Source of the DNA: an uncultured Acidobacteriota bacterium
GTDB taxonomy: Bacteria; Acidobacteriota; Vicinamibacteria; Fen-336
Direction of reading: 5' to 3'
Assembly (NCBI GenBank): GCA_963720545.1
Contig: OY970399.1
Span: forward strand, 667,861-731,860
Length of the DNA stretch: 64,000 bases
The translations under genes were made by a program, and so were the position numbers. Positions 10,312 through 19,651 of the stretch are shown piece by piece; position 1 is the first letter of the stretch; the number at the start of each line of letters is the position of its first letter. Under the pieces are notes generated by a model. It had not been told where the DNA came from, ran no database searches, and saw only the letters and a list, made by a program, of their open reading frames with translations.

Positions 10312-10663
10312 GAGGCCTGCCTCCTGTTTTTTGAATTGAGTGGCGGAGCACGATACGTCGGCGGAATCTAAAACGTCAAGGAATGGCTTGCACTACGCAA
10401 GACAAACAGTGCCAATGGATACGCCAGCACCGGATTCCGAACTCGGAAGAGACTCGGAAACTAGTGTCACGCTCGCGCGCGCTCTTGAGGAGGTCCGCGT
10501 TGTGTAGGCCTTCCCACTGCCTACGACCAGGATGAAGCCGTCGAGACGAATGTCCTGCCTCCCAAACGCATAGACGTTGATTGTGGACTGCGGGGATCCG
10601 TCGCCGGTGGCGGATTTCGGACATTCGCAGGGACCTGCGGAAGGGAACCACTAGAATCGCGCG

Positions 10664-11704
10664 GTGAATCCGCCCCGCAAGATACCGCCCGGTGAATGGG
10701 CCGAATGGGACGACCAGCGCCTGCTCGACTTGCGCCTGTGCGACCTCGACATCGCGATTGAAGGCTCCGACCTCGAAGAGCGCATCGCCGAGCTGAACCG
10801 CGAGCTCGAGGCGCGCAGCCTCGAGTTCCGCCCGCACTTCTGGCTCGCCGACGAGTGGTTCTGCCCGGACGGCGTGCCCGGCATCGCGGTGCCCTTCTAC
10901 CTCGCCCATCCACGGCTCGCCCGCCTCGAGATGTCGCAGATGCTCGAAGTCGAGGGCGGCACGCGCGAGAGCTGCCTGCAGATCCTGCGCCACGAAGCCG
11001 GCCACGCGATCGAGAACGCCTACGAGTTGCGCGCGCGCACGCGCCGCCAGGAGCTGTTCGGCCGCACCAGCGTTCCCTATCCCGATTCGTACGCGCCCAA
11101 GCCGCACAGCCGCAGCTTTGTGCAGCACCTGAACGGCTGGTACGCGCAGGCGCACCCCGACGAGGATTTCGCGGAAACCTTTGCCGTGTGGCTCACGCCC
11201 GGAATCAACTGGCGGGAGCGCTACGCCGGGTGGCCGGTGTTGCGCAAGCTGGAGTACGTGGACAAGGTCACCGCCGGGTTGCGCGGCAAGCCGCAGAAAG
11301 TGAAGACGCGGCGCACCCAGGACGCGCTGCACACCATCCGCCGCACGCTGCGCCGCCACTACCAGCGGCGCCGCGCGCACTACGGCGTGGTGCATCCGGA
11401 CGCGTACGACCGCGCGCTGCGCAGCCTGTTTGCGTTGCCGCCTTCCGACCCGGCCGCCGCCGGCCAGCCGGCCGCGGTGTTCCTCTCGCGCATCCGCCGC
11501 GCGGTGCGCCGGCGTGTGCAGCGCTGGACGGGAGAGTACGCTTACGCCATCGACCGCACGCTGGAGGACATCATCGAGCGCTGCCGCACCCTCGATCTGC
11601 GTGTCAGCAAGTCCGAGGCCGAGACCGAACTGCAGTTCACCGCGTTCGTCACGGCGCAAGCGGTTGCGCAATTGCACCGCTCGCGCAAGCGGGTGCCGCT
11701 GTGA
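10664..11704 (+). CDS. Putative zinc-binding metallopeptidase (zincin-like)
   Basis: HEAGH (HExxH) plus YAQAHPDEDFAETFAVW; GTG start 6 nt after TAGAAT. Confidence 0.88.
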   Translation: MNPPRKIPPGEWAEWDDQRLLDLRLCDLDIAIEGSDLEERIAELNRELEARSLEFRPHFWLADEWFCPDGVPGIAVPFYLAHPRLARLEMSQMLEVEGGTRESCLQILRHEAGHAIENAYELRARTRRQELFGRTSVPYPDSYAPKPHSRSFVQHLNGWYAQAHPDEDFAETFAVWLTPGINWRERYAGWPVLRKLEYVDKVTAGLRGKPQKVKTRRTQDALHTIRRTLRRHYQRRRAHYGVVHPDAYDRALRSLFALPPSDPAAAGQPAAVFLSRIRRAVRRRVQRWTGEYAYAIDRTLEDIIERCRTLDLRVSKSEAETELQFTAFVTAQAVAQLHRSRKRVPL

Positions 11705-12744
11705 AGAAGGCGGTGGCGGCCGCCCACAAGCTGCGGGTGCTGGCGCTCTTCCATCATGCGCTGGTGCCGCCGGAGGACGCGACCGAGAAGGAAGCGCGGC
11801 CCTCGGAATGGAAGACCGAGTTCGACGTGATGCGCGCGCTGCGGAACCTCGGCCATGAAGTGATGCCGCTCGGCGTCGGCGACGATCTCGGGGCCATCCG
11901 CAAGGCAGTCGAGGAGTTCAAGCCCGACATCGCCTTCAACCTGCTCGAGGGCTTCGACGACGTGCCGATCTGGGACCAGAACATCGTCGCGCACCTGGAG
12001 CTGCTGAAGATCCGCTACACCGGCTGCAACTCGCGCGGCATGCTGCTGTCGCGCGACAAGGCGATCGCGAAGAAGCTGCTCTCCTACCACCGCATCCCGG
12101 TCGCGGACTTCGCCGTGTTTCCCGCCGGGCGCCCGGTGCGCCGGCCCAAGCGGCTCGCCTTTCCGTTGATCGTGAAGTCGCTGACGCTCGACGCCTCCAT
12201 CGGCATCTCACAGGCCTCGGTCGTCGAGAACGACGACGCGCTGCAGGAGCGGGTGCGCTTCATCCACGAGAGCATCGACACCGACGCCCTGGTCGAGACC
12301 TACGTCGAGGGCCGCGAGGTGTACGTCGGCCTCATCGGCAATGAGCGCCTGACGGTGCTGCCCATCTGGGAGCTGCTCTTCACCAAGATGCCGGAAGACC
12401 AGCGCCGCATCGCGACGGAGCGGCTCAAGTGGAGCCTCAAGTACCAGAAGAAGCACGGCATCGTCAGCGCCGAGGCGAAGGAGCTGCCCGAAGGCGCGGC
12501 CGCCCGCATCCAGGCGATGTGCAAGCGCGTCTACCGCAGCCTGATGCTGACCGGCTACGCGCGCATCGACCTGCGGCTGCGCGACGACGGCTCGATGTGC
12601 GTGATCGAGGCGAACCCCAACCCGCAGCTGTCGCGCGACGAGGACTTCGCGCTCTCGGCGCGCGCCATGGGCGTCGAATACGAGCGCCTGATCCAGCGCC
12701 TGCTGGTGCTCGGGATGCGCTGGGAGCCGAGCAGCGTCGGCTAG
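11701..12744 (+). CDS. D-Ala-D-Ala-ligase-like ATP-grasp protein (atypical)
   Basis: GTGA overlap with peptidase stop; PDIAFNL, YTG, DKAIAK, PLIVKS...SIGIS, LVETYVEGRE, YARIDLR, IEANPNP. Confidence 0.88.
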   Translation: MKKAVAAAHKLRVLALFHHALVPPEDATEKEARPSEWKTEFDVMRALRNLGHEVMPLGVGDDLGAIRKAVEEFKPDIAFNLLEGFDDVPIWDQNIVAHLELLKIRYTGCNSRGMLLSRDKAIAKKLLSYHRIPVADFAVFPAGRPVRRPKRLAFPLIVKSLTLDASIGISQASVVENDDALQERVRFIHESIDTDALVETYVEGREVYVGLIGNERLTVLPIWELLFTKMPEDQRRIATERLKWSLKYQKKHGIVSAEAKELPEGAAARIQAMCKRVYRSLMLTGYARIDLRLRDDGSMCVIEANPNPQLSRDEDFALSARAMGVEYERLIQRLLVLGMRWEPSSVG

Positions 12745-12753
12745 GATGGTTCG

Positions 12754-13836
12754 ATGCTGACCACAGCTGCCGCTGCGGCGCTCACGGGCGTGCTGGCGCT
12801 CGGCGCCAACGCGAGCGCCCAGCAGTCGTCGCCCTCACCTGCTCCCGCGGCATCACCAGCTCCTTCCCCGGCGCCGTCGGTTTCACCCGAGGTTGAGGGA
12901 CGCGCGTCGTTCGCCGCCTTCCTCGGCGAGGTCCGCACCGAGGCGCTAGCGGCGGGCATCCGCGCGGAGACGCTCGACAGCGCGCTCACCGGGGTTGAGT
13001 TCCTGCCAACCGTCCTCGACCGCGACCGCGCGCAAACCGAGTTCGTCCTCAGCTTCGACGACTACATCAAGAAGCGGCTCGTGCCGGAGACGATCAAGAA
13101 GGCCAACGAAATGTACACGCTGCACCGCGACGTGCTGCGCGACGTCGGCGCCGCCTACGGAGTTGCGCCGCGCTTCCTGGTGGCGGTCTGGGGGCTGGAG
13201 TCGCAATTCGGCGCCTTCGCGGGCGTGCGGCCGACGATCCCGACGCTGGCAACGCTCGCGTACGAATCGCGGCGCGCACCGTTCTTCCGTGCGCAGCTCA
13301 TGGACGCCCTGCGCATCGTCGACCGGGGCGACATCACGCTCGGCGAGCTCAAGGGTTCCTGGGCGGGCGCTCTGGGACAGCCGCAGTTCCTGCCGAGCAT
13401 CTACCTGCGCATCGCGCAGGATTTCGACAAGGACGGGCGCCGCGACATCTGGAACACGCCCGCCGACGTGTTCGCGTCGATTGCCGCGTACCTGAAGGAG
13501 CACGGCTGGCAGGACCGCGACGGCTGGGGACAGGAAGTGAAGGGCCCACCGGTGGCGTTCGCGCGCATCGCGCGCGAGATCGACAAGCGCGAGAGCGGCT
13601 GTGCCGCGCGCCGCGCCATGACGGAGGCGCTCACCATGACGCGCTGGCGCGCGCTCGGCGTGCGCACCGCGGCCAATCGCTCGCTGCCGCGCACCCGGCG
13701 CACCGCGTCGCTGGTGCGCGCCGGCAAGCGCAACTTCCTGGTGTCGCCGAACTACGACGCCATCCTTTCCTATAACTGCGCGCAGTCCTACGCCCTCAGC
13801 GTCGTGCTGCTCGCCGACCGCATCAAGGAGCGCTGA
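12754..13836 (+). CDS. Lytic murein transglycosylase (MltB/SLT_2 family)
   Basis: Signal peptide; WGLESQFG catalytic Glu; GSWAGALGQPQFLPS; EF-hand DFDKDGRRDIW; YNCAQSYA. Confidence 0.92.
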   Translation: MLTTAAAAALTGVLALGANASAQQSSPSPAPAASPAPSPAPSVSPEVEGRASFAAFLGEVRTEALAAGIRAETLDSALTGVEFLPTVLDRDRAQTEFVLSFDDYIKKRLVPETIKKANEMYTLHRDVLRDVGAAYGVAPRFLVAVWGLESQFGAFAGVRPTIPTLATLAYESRRAPFFRAQLMDALRIVDRGDITLGELKGSWAGALGQPQFLPSIYLRIAQDFDKDGRRDIWNTPADVFASIAAYLKEHGWQDRDGWGQEVKGPPVAFARIAREIDKRESGCAARRAMTEALTMTRWRALGVRTAANRSLPRTRRTASLVRAGKRNFLVSPNYDAILSYNCAQSYALSVVLLADRIKER

Positions 13837-13846
13837 GGCGCGCGCG

Positions 13847-14410
13847 ATGGCGATGACCAGGCCACGGGCCGGGCCGAAGCCAAAACCCGCCGCGAAGGCG
13901 GGGCCTGGCCACATCGTGCAGATCGCCGAGAGCGACACGCCCATCGGTCGCGTCGGTGTCGCGGTGTTCCGCGGCAAGCTGCTGCTGCTGAGCTTCCGGC
14001 CACAGTGGCGCGACATCGCTGACACGCTCGAGAAGCGCTTCGGTCCGGTGGCGCTCGACAAGGTGCGCGACCCCGGCGGGGTCATCACCGAACTGGAGCG
14101 CTACTTCAGCGGGCGGCTCGACGCCATCGACCGGATCGAAGTGGACGCCGGCGGCACGCCGTTCCAGGAGGCGTGCTGGCGCGAGCTGCGCCGCATTCCG
14201 CTCGGCCAGACGCGTTCTTACACCGAGCTCGCCCGCAGCGTGGGGCGTCCGAAGGCCATCCGCGCCGTGGGCGCCGCCAACGCCTTCAATCCGATCGCGG
14301 TGGTGGTGCCGTGCCACCGGGCTATTGGCGCAGACGGCAGGCTGGTGGGCTACGGCGGCGGGCTGATGGCAAAAGAGTGGCTGCTGCGCCACGAAGGCGC
14401 CTTGCTCTAG
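13847..14410 (+). CDS. ogt: Methylated-DNA--protein-cysteine S-methyltransferase
   Basis: GTPFQ..CW..L..IP.G...SY..LA, RAVGAAN, active site VPCHR. Confidence 0.92.
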   Translation: MAMTRPRAGPKPKPAAKAGPGHIVQIAESDTPIGRVGVAVFRGKLLLLSFRPQWRDIADTLEKRFGPVALDKVRDPGGVITELERYFSGRLDAIDRIEVDAGGTPFQEACWRELRRIPLGQTRSYTELARSVGRPKAIRAVGAANAFNPIAVVVPCHRAIGADGRLVGYGGGLMAKEWLLRHEGALL

Positions 14411-14604
14411 CGCCCGGGGATCAACAGGCGCTTCATCTTTTCGTGGAGCGTCGTCGGCAGCACGCCCAGCGCCCGTGCGGCGCGGCGCTTGTTGCCGCCC
14501 GCGGCCCGCAGCGCGTCCATGATGATCTGCCGCTCGAAGGCGCTCACTTTCTCCTTGAGCTTCCAGGTGCCCACCGGTCCCGGTGCGAGAAAGCCATCCA
14601 TCAT
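14407..14604 (-). CDS. Stand-alone Fis-type HTH (HTH_8) protein
   Basis: FERQIIMDALRAAGGNKRRAARALGVLPTTLHEKMKRL; AGGAGG upstream of ATG 14604 (ORF could extend to 14652). Confidence 0.75.
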   Translation of the reverse strand: MMDGFLAPGPVGTWKLKEKVSAFERQIIMDALRAAGGNKRRAARALGVLPTTLHEKMKRLLIPGR

Positions 14605-14637
14605 CGTTCCCTGCCCCTCCTGGCGTTCAACGATTTG

Positions 14638-14647
14638 TGTATATACA
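14638..14647. promoter_or_regulatory. Palindrome TGTATATACA (putative MarR operator 2)
   Basis: Perfect 10-bp palindrome between marR and the HTH_8 gene; same TGTA-NN-TACA as 15118-15127. Confidence 0.55.
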
Positions 14648-14670
14648 TCCATCTGTCCTGAAAAAGCCGC

Positions 14671-15108
14671 TCACACGTGCTGCGCCGCTTCGACCACGAC
14701 GTCGAGCGAGCCATTGAGGCTGGCCCAGCCTTCCTTGCCGAGCGCGTTCTTCAACCGTTCCTGGGCGGCGCTCCACGCGGGCTGCGCCTTGCGAAACACG
14801 CGCCGGCCGGCGGGTTGCACCGACCAGACGCGTTCCCGCCTGTCCTTGCCCGCCGCCACCGCAATCCAGCCCTTGCGGCGCAGCAGCGCCAGGTTGCGAG
14901 TCAGCGTGGTGCTGTCGATGCCCAGGGTTTCCGCGAGGTCGGCCTGGCGCGCCGTGTCCATCTTCAGGAGCGCCCACAGCAGCGTGAACTGCGTCGCGCG
15001 CATGCCGAGCGGACGCAGCGCCTCATCGTAGAGCTGCGTGACGAGCCGTGCCCCGCGCCGCAGGTTGGCGCAGGCGCACGGCAACGGCACGCTGCGGAAC
15101 TCGCTCAT
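14671..15108 (-). CDS. MarR-family transcriptional regulator
   Basis: CACANLRRGARLVTQLYD..L...G...TQFTLL, LAETLGIDSTTLTRNL..L...GW, DRRER. Confidence 0.9.
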   Translation of the reverse strand: MSEFRSVPLPCACANLRRGARLVTQLYDEALRPLGMRATQFTLLWALLKMDTARQADLAETLGIDSTTLTRNLALLRRKGWIAVAAGKDRRERVWSVQPAGRRVFRKAQPAWSAAQERLKNALGKEGWASLNGSLDVVVEAAQHV

Positions 15109-15115
15109 GCAGTTG

Positions 15116-15143
15116 AGTGTAGCTACATCTAATCCGCCGTCAA
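15116..15143 (-). promoter_or_regulatory. sigma70 promoter of marR with overlapping operator
   Basis: Minus strand TTGACG-N16-TACACT-N7-ATG; palindrome TGTAGCTACA (15118-15127) overlaps the -10. Confidence 0.65.
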
Positions 15144-15206
15144 GCTCCAGACGCAGGGCCCGCAGAGCAACGAGCATCGCCTGTGAGATGCTCCCCCGCG
15201 AACCTC

Positions 15207-16724
15207 ATGAGCCCGCGCCTGCTCCGGCTTGCCGACACACTCACCGGCCTCGCGGTTGGTGCAGCCGCGGCCGCCCTGCTGCTCCTGAGCTGCGGCCGCG
15301 TAGTGGCGTCCTTCGACTATCGCAGCAGCGAATCGGCCGCCTACCGGCGCCTGTGGTCCGACACGGTCTGGGCGATCAACGACTTCGTCCTCCACCGCTT
15401 CCCGCCGCAGCCGGGAGAAACGCTCGATCCGGCGGTCGATCCAACGAGGGCTTACGTCGTGGTGATGCTGGAGCGCACCGGCCAGCTCGACATCAAGCCG
15501 TGGCAGTTCTGGCGCTCCTTCCGGCCGTGGATCTTTCGCGAGCATCGCGGCCCGTACGAACTCGGCGTCTACGACGACCGCGGCCGCGCACTGCTGCTGG
15601 CGCGGTCGTTCCGGCTGATGGGCGGCGTGGCGCCGTTCCTCATCCTGTGGCTCGCGGCACTGGCCGCAGCGCCGGCGCTCGTGTGGTGCGTGCACGAAAT
15701 GTGGCAAAGCCGCAGGCGGGTCGCGGCCGTGGTGTTCGCCGCCGCGGTGGCGACCTCGCCATACGTGGCGGAGACGCTGACGCACGCGCGCTACGCGGTC
15801 GGCTTCTACCTGGTCGCATGCCTGGTGGCCGTCGCCCTCACCACCGCCGTGGTGCTGCGCCCGCAGATCTCGCTCGCGGCGCTCGCGGCGCGCTTCGCGG
15901 CGGCGGGTGCGGCGCTCGCCGTCTGCATCTCGTGCCGGCCGTCCGCGCTTTTCGTGCTCGCCGGCCTGGCGCTGCTGCTGCCGGTGTGGCTGGCCAGGTT
16001 CCGCCATCTGGGCCTGCTCGCAACGGCGCTGCTGGCGGCGCTCCTCGTTGCACCCGCCGCCGTGGCGCGGCCGAGCAAGCACCATGACGTCTGGATTGCG
16101 CTGTGGGAGGGCCTCGGCGACTTCGACCGGACCAAGGGGCACACGTGGTCCGATCCGGTCGCGCAGGGTGTGGCGCGCTTTCACGGTGCGCCCGAACTGT
16201 GGAGTCCCGAGAGCGAACCGATCTTTCGCGAGCTGGTGCTGTCGCACATCCGCAACGATCCCGCGTGGTATGCCGCGATCCTGGCGAAGCGCGCCGGATC
16301 GACCGTGCTGCAGTGGAAACTGTGGCCTTATGGACCGACGGACGGCCTGCACATGCGCCGCAAGACCTCGGACAACGAGGGTTTCATCGACAAGTATTAC
16401 GGCTACACCACCACCGGCGATCACATCGGCTTCGGAACCTGGACCAAGGAGGTGTGGATGCCGGTGTGGCCTGGACTGATGCTGATCCTCCTCCTGCACT
16501 CGCTGCTGAGCCGCTCCGCCGATGCGGCGGCGGTTCGCACCCGGCGCCTGGAGGCCGGTGCGGTCGCGACGCTCGGAGTCTGCTTCCTCGGCGTCCCGGT
16601 CGCGATCTCGACCGCCGGCGCGCAGGAGACGCAGGCGTTCTTCTTCGCCTATTTCCTCGCGGCGGCGCTGCTCGCGGAGCGGCTCACGGCGCTCGCCGTC
16701 ATCAATGCCAGACCGCGCCGATGA
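15207..16724 (+). CDS. Polytopic membrane protein, possible GT-C fold
   Basis: Many TM segments, large loop after the first TM containing YDDRG; ATG 15207 preferred over GTG 15183. Confidence 0.65.
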   Translation: MSPRLLRLADTLTGLAVGAAAAALLLLSCGRVVASFDYRSSESAAYRRLWSDTVWAINDFVLHRFPPQPGETLDPAVDPTRAYVVVMLERTGQLDIKPWQFWRSFRPWIFREHRGPYELGVYDDRGRALLLARSFRLMGGVAPFLILWLAALAAAPALVWCVHEMWQSRRRVAAVVFAAAVATSPYVAETLTHARYAVGFYLVACLVAVALTTAVVLRPQISLAALAARFAAAGAALAVCISCRPSALFVLAGLALLLPVWLARFRHLGLLATALLAALLVAPAAVARPSKHHDVWIALWEGLGDFDRTKGHTWSDPVAQGVARFHGAPELWSPESEPIFRELVLSHIRNDPAWYAAILAKRAGSTVLQWKLWPYGPTDGLHMRRKTSDNEGFIDKYYGYTTTGDHIGFGTWTKEVWMPVWPGLMLILLLHSLLSRSADAAAVRTRRLEAGAVATLGVCFLGVPVAISTAGAQETQAFFFAYFLAAALLAERLTALAVINARPRR

Positions 16725-17941
16725 GCGCGCGGCCTCTGGACGGCGTGCGCGTCCTCGAGCTGGGGCAGCTGCTTGCCGGCCCTTTCGCCGGCTCGATCCT
16801 CGGCTATTTCGGCGCCGAGGTGATCAAGGTGGAGCCGCCGGGCGGCGGCGATCCGGTGCGCGACTGGCGCGGCATCGACGCCGACGGCACCTCGGTCTGG
16901 TGGCGCAGCATCGGCCGCAACAAGAAGTCGGTGACGATCGACCTGCGCCAGGCCGACGGCCAGCGCCTGGTGCGCGAGCTCGCGGTGCGCAGCGACGTCG
17001 TCCTCGAGAACTTCAAGCCGGGCACGCTGGAGCGCTGGGGCCTCGCCCCGCGCGACATCGAGCCGCGCAACCCTGGCGTCATCTACGCGCGCATCTCCGG
17101 CTATGGGCAGGATGGGCCGTACAGTTCGCGGCCGGGCTTCGCGTCGGTCTGTGAAGCCGTGGGCGGCATGCGCTATGTCACCGGATTTCCCGACCGCCCG
17201 CCGGCACGCTCCAACCTCAGCCTCGGTGACGGCCTTGCCGGCCTGCACGCGGTCATCGGCGTGCTGATGGCGCTCTACCAGCGCGACCGCGGCGGCACGC
17301 GGCGCGCGACCGGCGAGGTGGTGGATGTGGCGATCTACGAGGCCGTCTTCAACATGATGGAAGCGGCGATCGCCGAGTACGACCGCTTCGGCACGGTGCG
17401 CGAGCGCGAAGGCACCACCGTCACCGGCATCGTGCCGACGAATGCCTATCCGTGCCGCGACGGCGGCCACGTGGTGATCGGCGGCAACGGTGATTCGATC
17501 TTCAAGCGGTTGATGCGCGCCGCCGGACGGCCCGACCTGGCGGACGATCCCGCACTCGCAACCAACAGCGGCCGTGTCGCGCGCGTCGCGGAGATCGATG
17601 CTGCGCTCGCCGCGTGGACTGTCGCGCTGACACCCAACGAAGTGCTCGCCGCGCTGAACACGGTCGACGTCCCCGTGGGACTCATCTATTCCGCCGCCGA
17701 TATCGCGCACGATCCGCACTACGCGGCGCGCGGCGCGATCGAGAGCGTCGAGGTCGGCGGCCGGCCGTTGCGGATTCCGGCGATCGCGCCGCGCCTGCAA
17801 AATGCTCCCGGACGCACCGAGTGGGCCGGCCCCGAGCTCGGCAGCCATAACCGCGAGATCCTCTCCGGCCTGCTCGGGCTCCCTGACGACGAGATCGACC
17901 GGCTGGGGCGCGCGGGCGTCGTTGGCACACCGGCTTCCTGA
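16721..17941 (+). CDS. CaiB/BaiF family III CoA-transferase
   Basis: PLDGVRVLELGQLLAGP, GAEVIKVEPP.GGD, RNKKS, ENFKPG, ISGYGQDGP. Confidence 0.94.
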   Translation: MSARPLDGVRVLELGQLLAGPFAGSILGYFGAEVIKVEPPGGGDPVRDWRGIDADGTSVWWRSIGRNKKSVTIDLRQADGQRLVRELAVRSDVVLENFKPGTLERWGLAPRDIEPRNPGVIYARISGYGQDGPYSSRPGFASVCEAVGGMRYVTGFPDRPPARSNLSLGDGLAGLHAVIGVLMALYQRDRGGTRRATGEVVDVAIYEAVFNMMEAAIAEYDRFGTVREREGTTVTGIVPTNAYPCRDGGHVVIGGNGDSIFKRLMRAAGRPDLADDPALATNSGRVARVAEIDAALAAWTVALTPNEVLAALNTVDVPVGLIYSAADIAHDPHYAARGAIESVEVGGRPLRIPAIAPRLQNAPGRTEWAGPELGSHNREILSGLLGLPDDEIDRLGRAGVVGTPAS

Positions 17942-17945
17942 GCAG

Positions 17946-19610
17946 TCACTCCTCGTCGCCGGACGACTGCGGCCGGCCGGCGCTCGCGAAGAACGGCTTG
18001 ATCGTGCCGCGTTCCGCAATCAGCCGGGCGATGCGCGCGCGGGTGACCTGGTAAATGTAGATCGAGTGCCCGAGGCGTGCGTCGGGCGGCTCGACCGTCA
18101 GCCAGTCGAGGCAGCCCGGCGCGATGCGCTTGGGCCGGTGGACCTCAACGGCATGCAGCGCGTAGTGGCCCGGAGCGGGCGTGCACGGCGGCGCCGTGTA
18201 GGTGATGCCCCAATGGGCCGGGTCGCCGCTGTAGAACGTGTAGTAGAGCGTCGGCGGATGGGTGACGGCCTGCCACTCCCCGAGCCGGCGCTGGTCCTGC
18301 CCCCAGTCGTCGCCGGTGACGAGGTAGCGCGGCCCGCCGTCCGGACCGCCAGCCCACACGTTGAAGAACATCAGGTGATGTGGATGCACCGCCACCGATT
18401 CCGCGGCGCCGAGCGCGAGGCAGAGTGCGTACACCGCAATCCCCCGCCGCGGGAACACCGCCGCAAGCCGCGGCGTCATCGCGCCGAGCCACAGGAACCA
18501 GAACGGGAACGCCGGCAGCAGGTAGCGAGCGCCGATCTGTGTGCGGCCGGCGCTCATCACCACGAATAACAGCACTGGATAGGCGAGCAGCGCGGCATCG
18601 ATGGCGAAATCCCGCCGCCGCGTGCCGGAACGCAGCGCGGTGACGACACCTGCCGCAGACATCGCCTGCGCGCCTACGGTCGTCTTCAGCGCGAGTACCG
18701 CGACGTAAAACCACCACCACCCACTGCCGCTGACGCGGCCGAACAGGTAGCCGAGGTGTCCGCTCTGGCCGTGCTGCGCCTGCAGCAGCAAACCGAGGAT
18801 CCAGGTGGGGAACGGCACGAAGCCCCATTGCACCGCGGGCCAGCCGGTGCCCGGCTTCATCATCGTGAGATCGATGGGCCCGGTCTCGAACCCGGACGCC
18901 GCCCACAACGTGAGGACGAATGCGGTGGCGCCGGCGCACAGCCATGCGGTAATCGTGCGCAGCGGCTGGCGCAGGCGCGATACGCCATACCAGGCGGCCG
19001 CGACCATGGCGATGGGCAGGGCGGCGAGCGCCGTGACCTTCGAGGATGCGGCGAGCGCCAGCATCGCTCCGGCCAGCGCCGCGCGCGCGGCTCCGGGCCT
19101 GTCGGTGAAATGCACGCATGCCCACAACGAGATCGCTAGCCACGCCGCTACCCAGCCGTCGAGCGTCGCCAGGCTGCCGTTCGCCAGGACTGTCGGCGAG
19201 AAGCACCAGAGCGCATGCGTGACGAGCGCGGCGGCGGCGCCGAAGCGCAGCGCGGCGGCGGCGAGGAAGAATCCGGCGGCAACGGTCAGGACGATGGTGG
19301 CGGCGCGTCCCGCCATCAGGTTGCGCCGCGTCTGCGCGGGCGGGCGCGACCACAGCGGGTCGCGGCCGCCGCCGCCAGGCGCGAAGAGCGCCGGATCGCT
19401 CACGTGCAGCGCCAGCGCGAAGCCCCATTTGGGCAGCGCCGGCGAGTCGGGATTGTGGCGCAGCGTGCCTTCGTTCCATTGCCGCGTCGCGGTCGCGAGG
19501 TAATGCGGCTCGTCGATGGTGTCCGACTTGTCGGACGCGGTGCGCAGCAGCAGCGCCGACTGCAGGACTGCGAAGACAGCCATGCCCAGGGCGGCGTTGC
19601 GCCGTGTCAC
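17946..19610 (-). CDS. ArnT/PMT-like (GT83/GT39) lipid-carrier-dependent glycosyltransferase
   Basis: TIDEPHY acidic motif after TM1, P.LPK, LATLD, SSKVTA, GARYLLP, DWGQD. Confidence 0.82.
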   Translation of the reverse strand: MTRRNAALGMAVFAVLQSALLLRTASDKSDTIDEPHYLATATRQWNEGTLRHNPDSPALPKWGFALALHVSDPALFAPGGGGRDPLWSRPPAQTRRNLMAGRAATIVLTVAAGFFLAAAALRFGAAAALVTHALWCFSPTVLANGSLATLDGWVAAWLAISLWACVHFTDRPGAARAALAGAMLALAASSKVTALAALPIAMVAAAWYGVSRLRQPLRTITAWLCAGATAFVLTLWAASGFETGPIDLTMMKPGTGWPAVQWGFVPFPTWILGLLLQAQHGQSGHLGYLFGRVSGSGWWWFYVAVLALKTTVGAQAMSAAGVVTALRSGTRRRDFAIDAALLAYPVLLFVVMSAGRTQIGARYLLPAFPFWFLWLGAMTPRLAAVFPRRGIAVYALCLALGAAESVAVHPHHLMFFNVWAGGPDGGPRYLVTGDDWGQDQRRLGEWQAVTHPPTLYYTFYSGDPAHWGITYTAPPCTPAPGHYALHAVEVHRPKRIAPGCLDWLTVEPPDARLGHSIYIYQVTRARIARLIAERGTIKPFFASAGRPQSSGDEE

Positions 19611-19651
19611 GCGATGCTAGACTCCGCATCGCCGCGCACGGGAGGTGCGTC

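Noticed and set aside
10376-10650. ~280-nt intergenic stretch as riboswitch or sRNA
   Set aside because: No recognisable aptamer consensus or terminator; needs a covariance-model search
11701-12744. Assigning the gene symbol ddl
   Set aside because: Ddl substrate-binding motifs are missing and it is not in a dcw cluster
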